Made by a program: the position numbers and the translations under genes. A stretch of 64,000 nucleotides of DNA from an uncultured Spirochaetota bacterium (GTDB lineage Bacteria; Spirochaetota; Spirochaetia; SZUA-6; Fen-1364): the NCBI GenBank assembly GCA_963820525.1, contig CAWGAA010000001.1:608001-672000 (forward strand). Reading direction: 5' to 3'. Position 1 is the stretch's first letter. Each line of letters opens with the position of its first letter. Below, in pieces: positions 31,142 to 40,681 of the stretch. The notes under the pieces are model-generated. The model was not told where the DNA came from. It worked only from the letters and a program-made list of their open reading frames with translations, and did no database searches.

Positions 31142-31453
31142 ATGTTCCAGAAAAAAGAGATATCGAAGGACGAGGTTGTGCTGGAGATCCATGGGCCCCT
31201 CTCCGGAGAGACCACTAATGACTTCCACAGGCACTTGCAGGAGCTCTCTTCGGAGAAGTGCTCCCTGGTCATCCTCAACCTTTCGGAGGTGAGCACGATC
31301 AATTCCTCTTCGCTGGGCAAGATCCTCCTTTTCCGCAAGAAGCTCTCGGAGGAGGGAAGAACGCTCAAGATCAAGGGATGCAGCGACGCGCTTTACAAGA
31401 CCTTCCAGATGATCAAGTTCGACAAGCTGATCCCCATAGACAGGGCGCCCTAG
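31142..31453 (+). CDS. STAS-domain anti-sigma-factor antagonist
   Basis: VILNLSEVSTINSSSLG phosphorylation-site motif. Its TAG stop is part of the CTAG IS target. Confidence 0.88.
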   Translation: MFQKKEISKDEVVLEIHGPLSGETTNDFHRHLQELSSEKCSLVILNLSEVSTINSSSLGKILLFRKKLSEEGRTLKIKGCSDALYKTFQMIKFDKLIPIDRAP

Positions 31454-31845
31454 GAGCCTGTCGGACTTTAGCGACCGGTGTTTCCGTAAAAGGCTGAGGC
31501 GTGATAAGCTTTGGACATGGCTGAACGGCTGGTAAATGTAGATCGAGAGACGCCGATGCTGTTGCCGGTGGATTTGCGCCAGTGGGTACCGGAGGACGAT
31601 CTGGTGCACTTCGTTGTCAACGCTGTCGAGATGATGAATATGTCAGCCCTCGCGGTAAATCATCGTGGCAGCGGCAGCAAGCAATACCCTCCGCGGATGA
31701 TGCTGGCGCTGGTGATTTATTGCTATGCAAACGGGCTTTTCAGCTCGCGGCGTATCGAGCGGGCGACCTATCGCGACGTGGCAGTACGCTACCTGACAGG
31801 TGATACCCATCCGGATCATGACACCATTTGCGCGTTTCGCCGAGA

Positions 31846-33769
31846 CCCATCTTCGACACTTTGAGCGTCTCCAGGAAGCCGTACCCCTCGAATTTGCAGG
31901 GAATTTGAAGGTTTTTTTACAACTGGACCGCTTTATGTAGTGCCACGGAATTGGCAGTTTATGAAGAAAATGCTTGCACAGATGCCCTCTTCATGGTAGT
32001 ATCCGTAGAGGGGGAGGCAGGCAATGTTCGTCCGCATCAAGAACTCGCACGGATACAAGTACCTTCAGATCGTTGAAAGCAAGCGTGAGGGCAAAAAGGT
32101 CAAACAACGTGTCCTCACCACCCTCGGCCAACTGGATGCACTCACCGCATCAGGCAAGATCGATGACCTCACCCGATCGCTGGCGAAGTTCTCCTCGATT
32201 CGAACGATCATCGATGCTCACCGCGAGGGCACCATCCAAGCGCACCGCACACTGTCCATCGGTCCCGCCCTTCTCTTCGACCGATTGTGGCAGCAGTTGG
32301 GGATCAAAGAGGCGATAAAGGGCCAAGTGGCCGCTCGCCCATGGCGCTTCTCCCTGGAACGGGCGATCTTCCTCACCGTGCTGCACCGCCTCTTCGATCC
32401 GGGAAGCGACCGCGCGGCAGAGCGCTGGAAAGAGGATTTCCAGATCAGCGGGACAGAGGGAATCGAGCTTCATCACCTCTACCGCGCCATGGGCTGGCTG
32501 GGAGAACAGAGCATCCAGCTCGGCCATGATGCGCGAAGCCTGCGATGCCGAAAGGACCTCATCGAAGAGGAGCTTTTTCGCCGTAACCGCGATCTGTTCA
32601 GCGAGTTGGAGCTGGTGTTCTTCGACACCACGAGCCTGTACTTCGAGGGGCAAGGGGGAGAAAGCCTGGGACAGTACGGGCACAGCAAGGACCACAGACC
32701 CGACCTGAAACAGATGGTGGTCGGCGCGGTGCTGGACGGGGCAGGGCGGCCGATCTGCTGCGAGCTGTGGCCAGGGAACCTCACCGATGTCACCTCCCTT
32801 ATCCCGGTGGTCGAGCGACTGAAGAGCCGCTTCGCAATCGCTTCGGTATGCGTGGTGGCAGACCGCGGGATGATAAGCGCAGAGACGATCGAGAAACTTG
32901 AAACTGATGAGCTTGGCATGTCCTACATCCTGGGAGCGCGCATGCGCAAGGACAAGACGGTACGCGATGAAGTGCTTCCTTCCTCTGAGAAGTTCCAAGT
33001 AGTCACAGGAGAGAAGAAGAAGCCTGGGGATCCCTCCCCCCTATCGGTGCGGGAGCAGTGGGTGGGGGATAGGCGTTACATCGTGTGTTACAACGAGGAT
33101 CAGGCCCGAAAGGATGCCGCGGACAGAAAGGCCATCGTGGAGTCTTTGAAAGAGAAGCTCAAAAGCGGGGACAAGAGCCTCGTGGGCAATAAGGGCTACA
33201 GGCGATACCTGAAGTCCGCTGGAAAGGAGCACTTCACCGTCGACGAGGCGAAGCTCGCGAAGGAGCAGCTGTTCGACGGCATGTGGGTGCTGCGCACCAA
33301 TACCGCGTTTGCCGCCGCGGATGTGGCACTGAAGTACAAGCAGCTGTGGATGGTGGAATCGATATTCCGTTCGGCCAAGAGTCTTCTGGAGACCCGCCCT
33401 ATCTATCACAAAGTTGACGACACCATCCGGGGGCACGTGTTCTGTAGTTTCCTCGCCTTGGTTCTTCGAAAAGAGCTGGAAACCAGACTTGAGAAGCACG
33501 GGGACAAGCTGGAGTGGGCGGATATCAATAGGGACCTTCGAGCACTGCAGGAGGTGGAAGTGGAAATGCATGGCAAAAAGCTGTATCTGCGCACCGACCT
33601 TCGCGGGGTATGCCACACGGTATTGCAGGCCGCGGGTGTCGCAGTGCCGCAGACGGTTCGCGAATAAGAGCTACCACGGAGGAAGTTGATCTGTAGTGCC
33701 AACAGAATTTCCGTGTCTTCTAATTCCTTATAGGGTAAACATTTCATTTTTCAAAGTGTCGAAGATGGG
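31846..33769 (+). mobile_element. IS1634-family element, intact (1924 bp)
   Basis: Perfect 19-bp IR CCCATCTTCGACACTTTGA; 5-bp target duplication CGAGA (31841-31845, 33770-33774). Confidence 0.93.
32024..33667 (+). CDS. IS1634-family DDE transposase
   Basis: 547 aa; YLQIVESKREG N-terminus, FFDTTSLYFEG, GHSKDHRPDLKQ, VADRGM, YKQLWMVESIFR, RPIYH; promoter TTGCAC-17-TAGTAT at 31974-32002. Confidence 0.93.
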   Translation: MFVRIKNSHGYKYLQIVESKREGKKVKQRVLTTLGQLDALTASGKIDDLTRSLAKFSSIRTIIDAHREGTIQAHRTLSIGPALLFDRLWQQLGIKEAIKGQVAARPWRFSLERAIFLTVLHRLFDPGSDRAAERWKEDFQISGTEGIELHHLYRAMGWLGEQSIQLGHDARSLRCRKDLIEEELFRRNRDLFSELELVFFDTTSLYFEGQGGESLGQYGHSKDHRPDLKQMVVGAVLDGAGRPICCELWPGNLTDVTSLIPVVERLKSRFAIASVCVVADRGMISAETIEKLETDELGMSYILGARMRKDKTVRDEVLPSSEKFQVVTGEKKKPGDPSPLSVREQWVGDRRYIVCYNEDQARKDAADRKAIVESLKEKLKSGDKSLVGNKGYRRYLKSAGKEHFTVDEAKLAKEQLFDGMWVLRTNTAFAAADVALKYKQLWMVESIFRSAKSLLETRPIYHKVDDTIRGHVFCSFLALVLRKELETRLEKHGDKLEWADINRDLRALQEVEVEMHGKKLYLRTDLRGVCHTVLQAAGVAVPQTVRE

Positions 33770-34899
33770 CGAGAGAACGGGGAGGCAGTAAAGCAGGCGT
33801 TCGTTGAAGTGCTGCGTCTGGCACGGGAGATGGGGCTGTTGCGGGTGGGCACGGTGAGCGTTGATGGAACTCATATCAAGGCCAATGCCTCTAAACACAA
33901 GAGTGTGCGCTATGATCGGGCAGGCGAGTTGGAAAAGTTGCTACGTAAAGATATAGAAGAGCTGTTGGCCCGTGCCGAGAAAAGCGACACCGAGGCGACG
34001 GGAGATGATCAAAAGCTGCCACCGGAGATCGCGCGACGCGAAGCGCTTCTGGAAAAGATGCTTTGGGCGCGTCAGGAACTTGAGAAGCGAGCCCAAAACG
34101 AGGATGTCGAGCAGGAGGAAGAAGACAAGGGTCAGGGGCCAAAGGCGGGGGGTGCAAGCCCTGGGCGACCGAAGGACTCCCAGCAGATCAACCTCAGCGA
34201 TCCTGACAGCGCCTTGATGCGCAAGAGCAAACGCGACAGCTACGAGCAGGCCTACAACGCACAAGCGGTCGTGGATGCCGAAGGCAGCCAGCTGGTACTG
34301 AGCACGGATGTGATCCGAACCCCCAGCGATGCCAACCAACTTGAGCCTGCGGTGCAAAGTGTAGACCCTTCGATCGGCATGGTTCAACGCGCTCTTGCTG
34401 ATGGTGGATATGCCAACGCCGATTCCTTTGACACTCTGCAGCAGCAGGGCGTTGAGCTATACGTGGCAATCACACGAGAAGATCATAACGAGCGTCGCTA
34501 TGATTTCCGCCCGCCTTCCTCGCGGCCCTTGAAGAAGGTCACCGATCCGCGGCTTGTGGCGATGCGCGAGAAGCTTGCACAAAAGGATGGCAAACGCATC
34601 TACGCGCGGCGGGCTTCGACGGTGGAGCCGGTATTCGGGATCATTAAAGCTGCGATGGGGTTCCGCCAGTTCCTCCTGCGGGGCCTGGATAAAGTGCATA
34701 CCGAGTGGGACTTGGTTTGTCTTGCCTACAACGTGAAACGCCTTTGGGGCTTGTCGAGAGCATGAAGCAGTACGGTAGGATCACGGGGAGGTGGCGCAGG
34801 GCAGACGAACGCTCTCTGTCACCAACCCAGAGAGCCGCTGGCCGATCCTGGCCGCTGAACGCCCGCGCAAATCGTCGCCAAAGCCCGACAGGCTCCTAG

Positions 34900-36432
34900 G
34901 AGCCTGTCGCGAAACCGGCCCGCAAGTCTCCGTTTGTGGTAGGCGAGCGGGCCGTTTTCATGATGAGGCGCCCCCAACTCAACTTGTCATCGAGCCGGGA
35001 TTCCTTCTCTCTCCTACGCTTCGCTCAATCTCCATCCGCTTCTGAACAGCTTCAATAGGTTGTGCGTCGTACATACTACTTGCCATTCACCCCAGACGTT
35101 CTCCAGCCCACGAAGCAAGAACTGACGAAAGCCCCGCGCTTCCTTGATCTGCCCGAATACCGGCTCCACGATCTGTTTACGCTTCCCGTAGATCCGTTGC
35201 CCCCGTGCGCTCCGCACCTTGCGCCCCATCAGTTGCTTCTTGCTCAATCCGGAAGGAATGCGCCCCCTCGGAGCCGGTACACGCTCCCCATGGCGGAACT
35301 GCTCGGTAGCAATGTAGAGGTCCACTTCCTTTTCATGGGATTGCACATGCTCCCCGTTGTAGTAGCCACTGTCGGCAGTCAGACGCCGGGGAAGTTGCCC
35401 GTCGGTGTTGGCCTTGAGCTTCTCCAGCATCGGATGCAGTTGACGGCTGTCGTTGGTTTCCTGCGTGACCTCGGCGGCAACAATCACCTGGGCCTTCCCG
35501 TCGACCGCCGCCTGGCAATTGTAGGCCTGCACAAAGCTGTTGCTGGACTTGTCCAGCATGATCCGCGATTGCGGGTCGGTGAAATTGCGTTGCGCCTTCT
35601 CGGCTGGCTTTACCTCCGCCCGCCCCTTCCCACCGGCGGCCCCAGGGTCTCCCCCCTTGCGCCGAACCTCTTCCTCTGCTTTCTCTTGCGCCTCGGCTTC
35701 CAACGCTGCCTTGGCTTCCCGAATCCTGGCCAGCCTCGTCTGCCGCCGCTTCAACTCCTCGGGCAGATCCTCATCCTTGCCCCCGGGCCCCAGGCGTGCG
35801 TCCTCTTCTTCATCCTCACGCTGCGCCCGCTTCAACAGCGCCGCGATCTCATCGTTCAGCCGCTGCTCACTCTTCAGCATTCGCCCGTAGCTCATCGCTT
35901 TGTGCCTGGAGGCGTTGGCTTTCACCTTCGTGCTGTCCAGCGCCACGTGCCCCAACTTCACCAACCCCGCCCGTTGGCACAGCTTCAGCACCTGGTTGAA
36001 CAACAACCCCAACTCCTTCAAATGCCGCTTGCGGAAGCTGGCGATCGTCGCATGGTCGGGATGTTGATCCGCACTGAGTACCCGAAAGGCCACCGACTCC
36101 CAGCAGGCCTGCTCGATCTTTCGCGAACTGTATACCCCGACGCTGTAGGCATACAGAACCAAGGCCAGCATCATCCGCGGCTCGTACGGCGGACGTCCGC
36201 CTTCGCTCAATTGATAGCTTGAATAAATCGCCTCGAGGTCCAGCGTTTCCACCACGTCGCGCATGAAGTACACCAAGTGGCCGTCGGGCAGCCATTCATC
36301 CACTCGGGGTGGAAGGAGGTACGGCTGATCAGGCTGATAGGATCGAAAAGTTCCCTCTCCCATGCGGCCACTCTATCAATGGCCGGGACCTCAATTCAAT
36401 GGCTTCCCGGAAGAGGGTTTCGCGACAGGCTC
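34900..36432 (-). mobile_element. IS1182-family element B, intact (1533 bp)
   Basis: Perfect 17-bp IR GAGCCTGTCGCGAAACC; flanked by CTAG at 34896-34899 and 36433-36436. Confidence 0.93.
35014..36363 (-). CDS. IS1182-family transposase
   Basis: GRPPYEPRMMLAL, SSRKIE, PDHATIASFR, LDSTKVKANAS, ADSGY, VEPVFGQIK. Confidence 0.94.
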   Translation of the reverse strand: MGEGTFRSYQPDQPYLLPPRVDEWLPDGHLVYFMRDVVETLDLEAIYSSYQLSEGGRPPYEPRMMLALVLYAYSVGVYSSRKIEQACWESVAFRVLSADQHPDHATIASFRKRHLKELGLLFNQVLKLCQRAGLVKLGHVALDSTKVKANASRHKAMSYGRMLKSEQRLNDEIAALLKRAQREDEEEDARLGPGGKDEDLPEELKRRQTRLARIREAKAALEAEAQEKAEEEVRRKGGDPGAAGGKGRAEVKPAEKAQRNFTDPQSRIMLDKSSNSFVQAYNCQAAVDGKAQVIVAAEVTQETNDSRQLHPMLEKLKANTDGQLPRRLTADSGYYNGEHVQSHEKEVDLYIATEQFRHGERVPAPRGRIPSGLSKKQLMGRKVRSARGQRIYGKRKQIVEPVFGQIKEARGFRQFLLRGLENVWGEWQVVCTTHNLLKLFRSGWRLSEA

Positions 36433-36436
36433 CTAG

Positions 36437-36590
36437 CCCAACGGCGGCTTTTCGAGCGTAGCGAGAAAAACGCCGTTAGGATGGGCGGAGGCCGGCCGTG
36501 GCAGGGATGCCATGCCCGCCAAAGGCGGGCACGACAATCCATTCCGCCAGGCAAACGCGCGTAGCGCGTATGCCGGAAGGCCGGCCCGCT
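36437..36590. repeat. Multi-hairpin REP/MITE-like intergenic element
   Basis: Hairpins aacggcg..gaGCGTAGCga..cgccgtt, tggca-ggga-tgcca, tgcccgcc-aaa-ggcgggca and ggcaaacgcgc-gta-gcgcgtatgcc; the last three are enclosed by gccggcc/ggccggc. Confidence 0.6.
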
Positions 36591-36596
36591 GCGCCG

Positions 36597-37439
36597 CTAC
36601 CTCCTGGCCAGGAACAGCATCACATCCCCGAAACCCAATAGCTTTGCCAGGCGGTCGAGAGGCCTTTTCACAAGCAGGGGGGCCGCGCCCTTCGCTATCC
36701 CTCCCCAGGTCACCGTCTTTTCCACGCTGAATCCGCTCTCCTCGAGCAGCCTTCGAAGCGTCGCCTTTCCGAAGAGGGTGAGGTGATCGGCGATGGCGGA
36801 TCTCCACCGCGCCCCGAAGAGCCTTGCCTGGAGGCCGTCGATGTTCGGCGTGGTGATCACGGCCACTCCCCGGGGGGCCAGAATCCGCCTCACCTCCGCC
36901 AGCAAGCCCCGGGGATCCGGGACATGCTCGATGAGGTGGGAAAGATGCGCCACGTGGATGCTCGCCGCGGGGAGGCGCGCCTCATCCAGCGTGCCCGCGA
37001 GGATTCTCACTCCGCGGCTCTTCGCCCCCCACTCCGCCGACTCCCTGCAGAGGTCCACGCCGAGCGCTTCCCAGCCCTCGGCCTTCATTTCCTGCAGCAG
37101 CCTGCCGGTGGCGCAGCCGATATCGAGGAACTTCCTCGGATGCGGGAAGTCCGAAGCGATCCGGGCAAAGCCGATGTCGCGCAGGCCCAGCCGGATGAGG
37201 GTGAAGAAGGCCTCTTCGTTGGAAAGCTCGTAGGAGAAGTATCGGGAGTCGTAGCGCTTTCGAAGGTCGTCCGGGATCGGCTGCGGGCTCTGGTACGCCA
37301 GTGAGCAGGAGCGGCAGCGTACGAAGCTGAAGCCGGGGTCCGAAAAGAGCGGGGATGCGGCGGTGGAGCCGCACAGGGGGCAGGGAGTCTCTTGCGTTCG
37401 CTCGAGGCGTGACGGGACCGACGAGTAGGTCTTGTCCAT
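36597..37439 (-). CDS. Class I SAM-dependent methyltransferase with N-terminal Cys zinc motif
   Basis: CPLCG...CRSCS, LDIGCATG, HLIEHVPDP, ITTPN. Confidence 0.88.
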   Translation of the reverse strand: MDKTYSSVPSRLERTQETPCPLCGSTAASPLFSDPGFSFVRCRSCSLAYQSPQPIPDDLRKRYDSRYFSYELSNEEAFFTLIRLGLRDIGFARIASDFPHPRKFLDIGCATGRLLQEMKAEGWEALGVDLCRESAEWGAKSRGVRILAGTLDEARLPAASIHVAHLSHLIEHVPDPRGLLAEVRRILAPRGVAVITTPNIDGLQARLFGARWRSAIADHLTLFGKATLRRLLEESGFSVEKTVTWGGIAKGAAPLLVKRPLDRLAKLLGFGDVMLFLARR

Positions 37440-37452
37440 CGGAGATCTCCCC

Positions 37453-38322
37453 TCACTCCGAGATCGTAAAGAAGATCTCCTTGACGGTTTCGTTTCCCGC
37501 GAAATCGCGCGCGGCCAAAAGGAGGTGCGACTCCCCTCCCCGCAGCTCGACCGTTCCGCACCTGATGAGCCTGTCGGCGGCGAACACGTCCGAGACGCCC
37601 ACGTGCGTTCCGCAGATCACCATCCTGCCGTCCCTCACCTGTATCGAATCGAAGACGATCCTCGAGGCCTCCTTGCCGTTGAGGGCGAGCCGGATGCTGT
37701 AGGGAGCCATCGGCCAGAGGAAGCGCACGTCCTCGCGCGGATCGTAGATCTCGGCAAGGATCTCCCGCGGGCCCGGAGAGATCGTGGCGCCGCTCACGAG
37801 GGGCGTCAGGGTCTCTCCCGTTTTCAGGAGCACGCGCTTGATCACGGGAGCCTGGTGATCCGCCAGGGGCGGAAGCAGCGAGAGGGGGTTCAGGAAAGCG
37901 GCCTCCTGGATGTCGAACACCTCCAGGTGCAGGTGCCTGCCCTCGGAAAATCCCGTGTCTCCCATGATGCCCAGAGGCTGGGAAGCGGGAAATCTCGTTC
38001 GCTCCGTGGGAACGCTCCCATCCTTCAGATGACAATAGATGGACACGTACTTGTCCGTATGGCGAAGGGCCACGAAGCCGCCCACGCCTCGGGGAAGGGA
38101 GGTATAGTCGGACCCCTCGTCGTAGCGGAAGACCAGCTCCCCATCCATGATCGGCCGGACCTCCTGCTCGCCCCCGCCGATGTCGATTCCGGCGTGGAAG
38201 TGGTCTTCCCTGCTCTCGCCGAAGGTTGCCGTGACGATCTTCTTCTCCACGGGCCAGTCCACGGCGGCCAGGGGCATCGCGAGCGCGAGAAGAACCAGGG
38301 CCGGCCCATGAATGCGCGTCAC
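37453..38322 (-). CDS. M23-family peptidase, secreted
   Basis: Signal peptide; TFGESREDHFHAGID, YCHL, GDTGFSEGRHLHLE. Confidence 0.88.
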   Translation of the reverse strand: MTRIHGPALVLLALAMPLAAVDWPVEKKIVTATFGESREDHFHAGIDIGGGEQEVRPIMDGELVFRYDEGSDYTSLPRGVGGFVALRHTDKYVSIYCHLKDGSVPTERTRFPASQPLGIMGDTGFSEGRHLHLEVFDIQEAAFLNPLSLLPPLADHQAPVIKRVLLKTGETLTPLVSGATISPGPREILAEIYDPREDVRFLWPMAPYSIRLALNGKEASRIVFDSIQVRDGRMVICGTHVGVSDVFAADRLIRCGTVELRGGESHLLLAARDFAGNETVKEIFFTISE

Positions 38323-39395
38323 ATCTCCTCCAGGTCCACCCTGAGGAGCAAATGGTCGATGCCCAGGAGGATCCCGGCGCCGATTCTTCCCAGGCAGACG
38401 CTCCCCGCGGGAAAGCTCTCGTGAGAGATCACCGACGCGAACGGCTTGACGATGAGAAGCTCCCTCTGCGCCGGGGTGCCGCCGATAAACGCGGCGGCAT
38501 CCCGTTCCGGCATGAAGGAGAAAGCCTGGAGCCCTCCGGGCAGCGGGAGGGAGGAGACGGCGTGGGACGCCGGATCGTAGAGCTCGGCGGAGCCGGCTCC
38601 CTCGAAAACGAGGTACCTCCCGTCAGGGGAAAAGGCTATGCGGACCTCCCGGCGGAAATCCGAGGAAAGGGGGATCTGGGAGAGCAGGCGCGCCGATGTT
38701 CCCTGGATCTCCAGGACCATGAGGTACTGCGGATCGATGCCGGAAACCGCGGCGGCGAGCGAGCCGTCAGGGGAGATGGAGCAGCCCAGGATGACGGGGA
38801 TGCGGCTTGCCCGAAGATCGTACTCGGCGGTCACCCCGCCGTGCCTGTCGACGAGCTGGAGGGCCCCGTTGAGAAGCCCCAGAAGCAGGAAATCGGACTC
38901 GATGGAAATGCTGGTCACGAGGCAGGGGAAATCCTTTGACCACAGGACATCGCCGCTTGAGTCAAGCTCGCTCAACCCCGTGGTGTCGGTCTTCACCGTG
39001 AAAAGCCTTCCCGCATCGCGGCTCAAGAGGGGGTAGCCCTGCCCGGAGAAGGCAAACTTCTTTTCTCCCCGCCGGTCCTGGAACACCCAGGTGGTGCCGA
39101 GCCGGGAGAAATTGATGAACCCCGCGTCCGTGAGCGCCACGCGGAACAGGGGGCGAGCCGTGTAGAGGATCCTGCCGTCTCCCGTCACGTAACCGAACGT
39201 GCCGCCGAGCTGGAATGGGGCCGTCTGCCCTTCCTCGGCGCCCGCCTCCGGGCTTGAAGAGGCATCCACGGCCCAGACCGGCTTGGCAACGAGCTCCCTG
39301 CCCAGTGGATAGGGAAACAGGGCAAAGTAGAGTATGATGACGAGAACGGACAAAAGGAAAACGCGGATTGGCCTTTTTTTCCTGATACCGTTCAC
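38319..39395 (-). CDS. Membrane-anchored beta-propeller (WD40/PQQ-like) protein
   Basis: N-terminal TM, SPDG repeats; start set at GTG 39395 (GAAGGA SD); GTGA overlap with the M23 gene. Confidence 0.72.
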   Translation of the reverse strand: MNGIRKKRPIRVFLLSVLVIILYFALFPYPLGRELVAKPVWAVDASSSPEAGAEEGQTAPFQLGGTFGYVTGDGRILYTARPLFRVALTDAGFINFSRLGTTWVFQDRRGEKKFAFSGQGYPLLSRDAGRLFTVKTDTTGLSELDSSGDVLWSKDFPCLVTSISIESDFLLLGLLNGALQLVDRHGGVTAEYDLRASRIPVILGCSISPDGSLAAAVSGIDPQYLMVLEIQGTSARLLSQIPLSSDFRREVRIAFSPDGRYLVFEGAGSAELYDPASHAVSSLPLPGGLQAFSFMPERDAAAFIGGTPAQRELLIVKPFASVISHESFPAGSVCLGRIGAGILLGIDHLLLRVDLEEM

Positions 39396-39429
39396 GTGAG
39401 ATCCTTCGGCGCTCCCATGGGACGCGCTC

Positions 39430-39458
39430 ATCGTAGTCGGGGCAGGGGGGTTTGTCAA
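39430..39458 (-). promoter_or_regulatory. sigma70 promoter for the propeller-M23-methyltransferase genes
   Basis: TTGACA (39458-39453), 17 nt, TACGAT (39435-39430); the -35 overlaps the cdd start codon on the opposite strand. Confidence 0.65.
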
Positions 39459-39868
39459 TGCAAGTGAACGTCGAAGATCTTGCAGCCCGCGCAAGACAGG
39501 CCGCGGATCGCACCTATTCGCCCTACTCTCTTTTCCCCGTTGGGGCGGCGCTCCTGTGCGCGGACGGCGAGGTGGTCACGGGGACGAACGTGGAGAACCG
39601 CTCCTACGGGCTTACGATCTGCGCCGAGAGGACCGCGATATTCACCGCCGTGAGCCGGGGAAAGCGCGAGTTCCAGGCCATCGCCGTCTCGTGTCCGGCG
39701 GCGGAGTACCCCGTGCCCCCCTGCGGCGCCTGCCGCCAGGTCTTGAGCGAGTTCTGCGCCCCCGAGATGCCCGTCATCTTTGCGGGAAAGGACGGAAAGC
39801 CCGTCACCATGAAGTTGGGGGATCTTTTCCCTGTGGACTCTCTGCACGAGCTCAAGAAGAAGGAGTGA
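39458..39868 (+). CDS. cdd: Cytidine deaminase
   Basis: YSPYSLFPVGAA, GTNVENRSYGLTICAE, PCGACRQ. Confidence 0.96.
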   Translation: MQVNVEDLAARARQAADRTYSPYSLFPVGAALLCADGEVVTGTNVENRSYGLTICAERTAIFTAVSRGKREFQAIAVSCPAAEYPVPPCGACRQVLSEFCAPEMPVIFAGKDGKPVTMKLGDLFPVDSLHELKKKE

Positions 39869-39883
39869 AGGAGCGCCGCTACC

Positions 39884-40681
39884 CTACTTTCTTGTTTCTT
39901 CAGCTTTCTTGATATCGTCTTCCATCTTGGCTTTCCAGATCTCGGTCTTCTTTTTCACAACGTCCGCCTGCTCGCTTTCCCCCAGCACCATGTGCAGCCT
40001 GCGCAGGGCCGCCAGGAGGTGGATGGCGAGCTTGATGTCGTCGATGCGCATCGTGGAAAGCTCGTACTTTTCGCGGTAGCGGTCGGCCGACTGCTGGAGC
40101 AGCTCCCTGACCAGGTTGAGGTGGGAGAGCCGGGCCGAATAGCCCTCGTTTCTGGGGTCCATGCCGGCGATGAGGGTCTTGAGGTTCAGGAGGTTCTTGG
40201 CCACCACGGCGTAGCGGCCTTCAAGCTCCACGAAAGACCATTTCCATTTCGAGTTGTCGCCGAACCCATCCTTTATCGAATCGATGGAGAAGCCGATCTT
40301 CCTCGCGAGGGCGTAGCGAGCGTCGTCGGAGAAGGCCTCGATGCTCGCCAGTCCCTGCTCGTAGTCGGAGAACGGCACGTCGATGCCGGATGAGACGATC
40401 TCCTCCAGAAAGATGATCGTCTTGTACAGGCACTTTCGCGCCTCATTGAGGTAGGCCTCGTTCTTCACGCCGAGGAAGGAGAGGGAAAGCGAGTTCATGA
40501 GCAGATAGTTCGCCACGAGGTTGAGGTTGTCGTCCGCCAGCGCCAGCTTCTGGTAGCCCGTCCCGGGAGATTTTGATTCCTTGACCTTCTTCTGCTTTTC
40601 GTGGATGAGATCGATGGCGGTCTTGTAGTCCTTGATGTACTCGGAGTACTTCTTTTTGGCTTCCTCGCTGGGCCTTTTCAT
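39884..40681 (-). CDS. Conserved hypothetical all-helical protein downstream of recN
   Basis: 265 aa, genome-like codon usage, ATGA overlap with recN; NSKWKWSFVELEGR motif. No family recognised with certainty. Confidence 0.8.
   Translation of the reverse strand: MKRPSEEAKKKYSEYIKDYKTAIDLIHEKQKKVKESKSPGTGYQKLALADDNLNLVANYLLMNSLSLSFLGVKNEAYLNEARKCLYKTIIFLEEIVSSGIDVPFSDYEQGLASIEAFSDDARYALARKIGFSIDSIKDGFGDNSKWKWSFVELEGRYAVVAKNLLNLKTLIAGMDPRNEGYSARLSHLNLVRELLQQSADRYREKYELSTMRIDDIKLAIHLLAALRRLHMVLGESEQADVVKKKTEIWKAKMEDDIKKAEETRK

Larger units (their letters stand above)
31517..34765 (+). pseudogene. IS1182 transposase split by IS1634 insertion (31517-31845 + 33775-34765)
   Basis: Removing the insert and one CGAGA restores ...HPDHDTICAFRR/ENGEAVKQAFVEVLRLAREMG...VDGTHIKANAS...RASTVEPVFGIIK. 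Confidence 0.92.
31454..34895 (+). mobile_element. IS1182-family element A (about 1513 bp net), interrupted by IS1634
   Basis: 22-bp IRs with 20/22 identity (GAGCCTGTCGGACTTTAGCGAC / GAGCCTGTCGGGCTTTGGCGAC); CTAG duplication at 31450-31453 and 34896-34899. Confidence 0.92.

Noticed and set aside
36437..36590. tRNA or other known RNA gene at the IS insertion site
   Set aside because: No T-loop (GTTCRA), D-loop or acceptor/CCA pattern. No tRNA or rRNA was recognised anywhere in the window.
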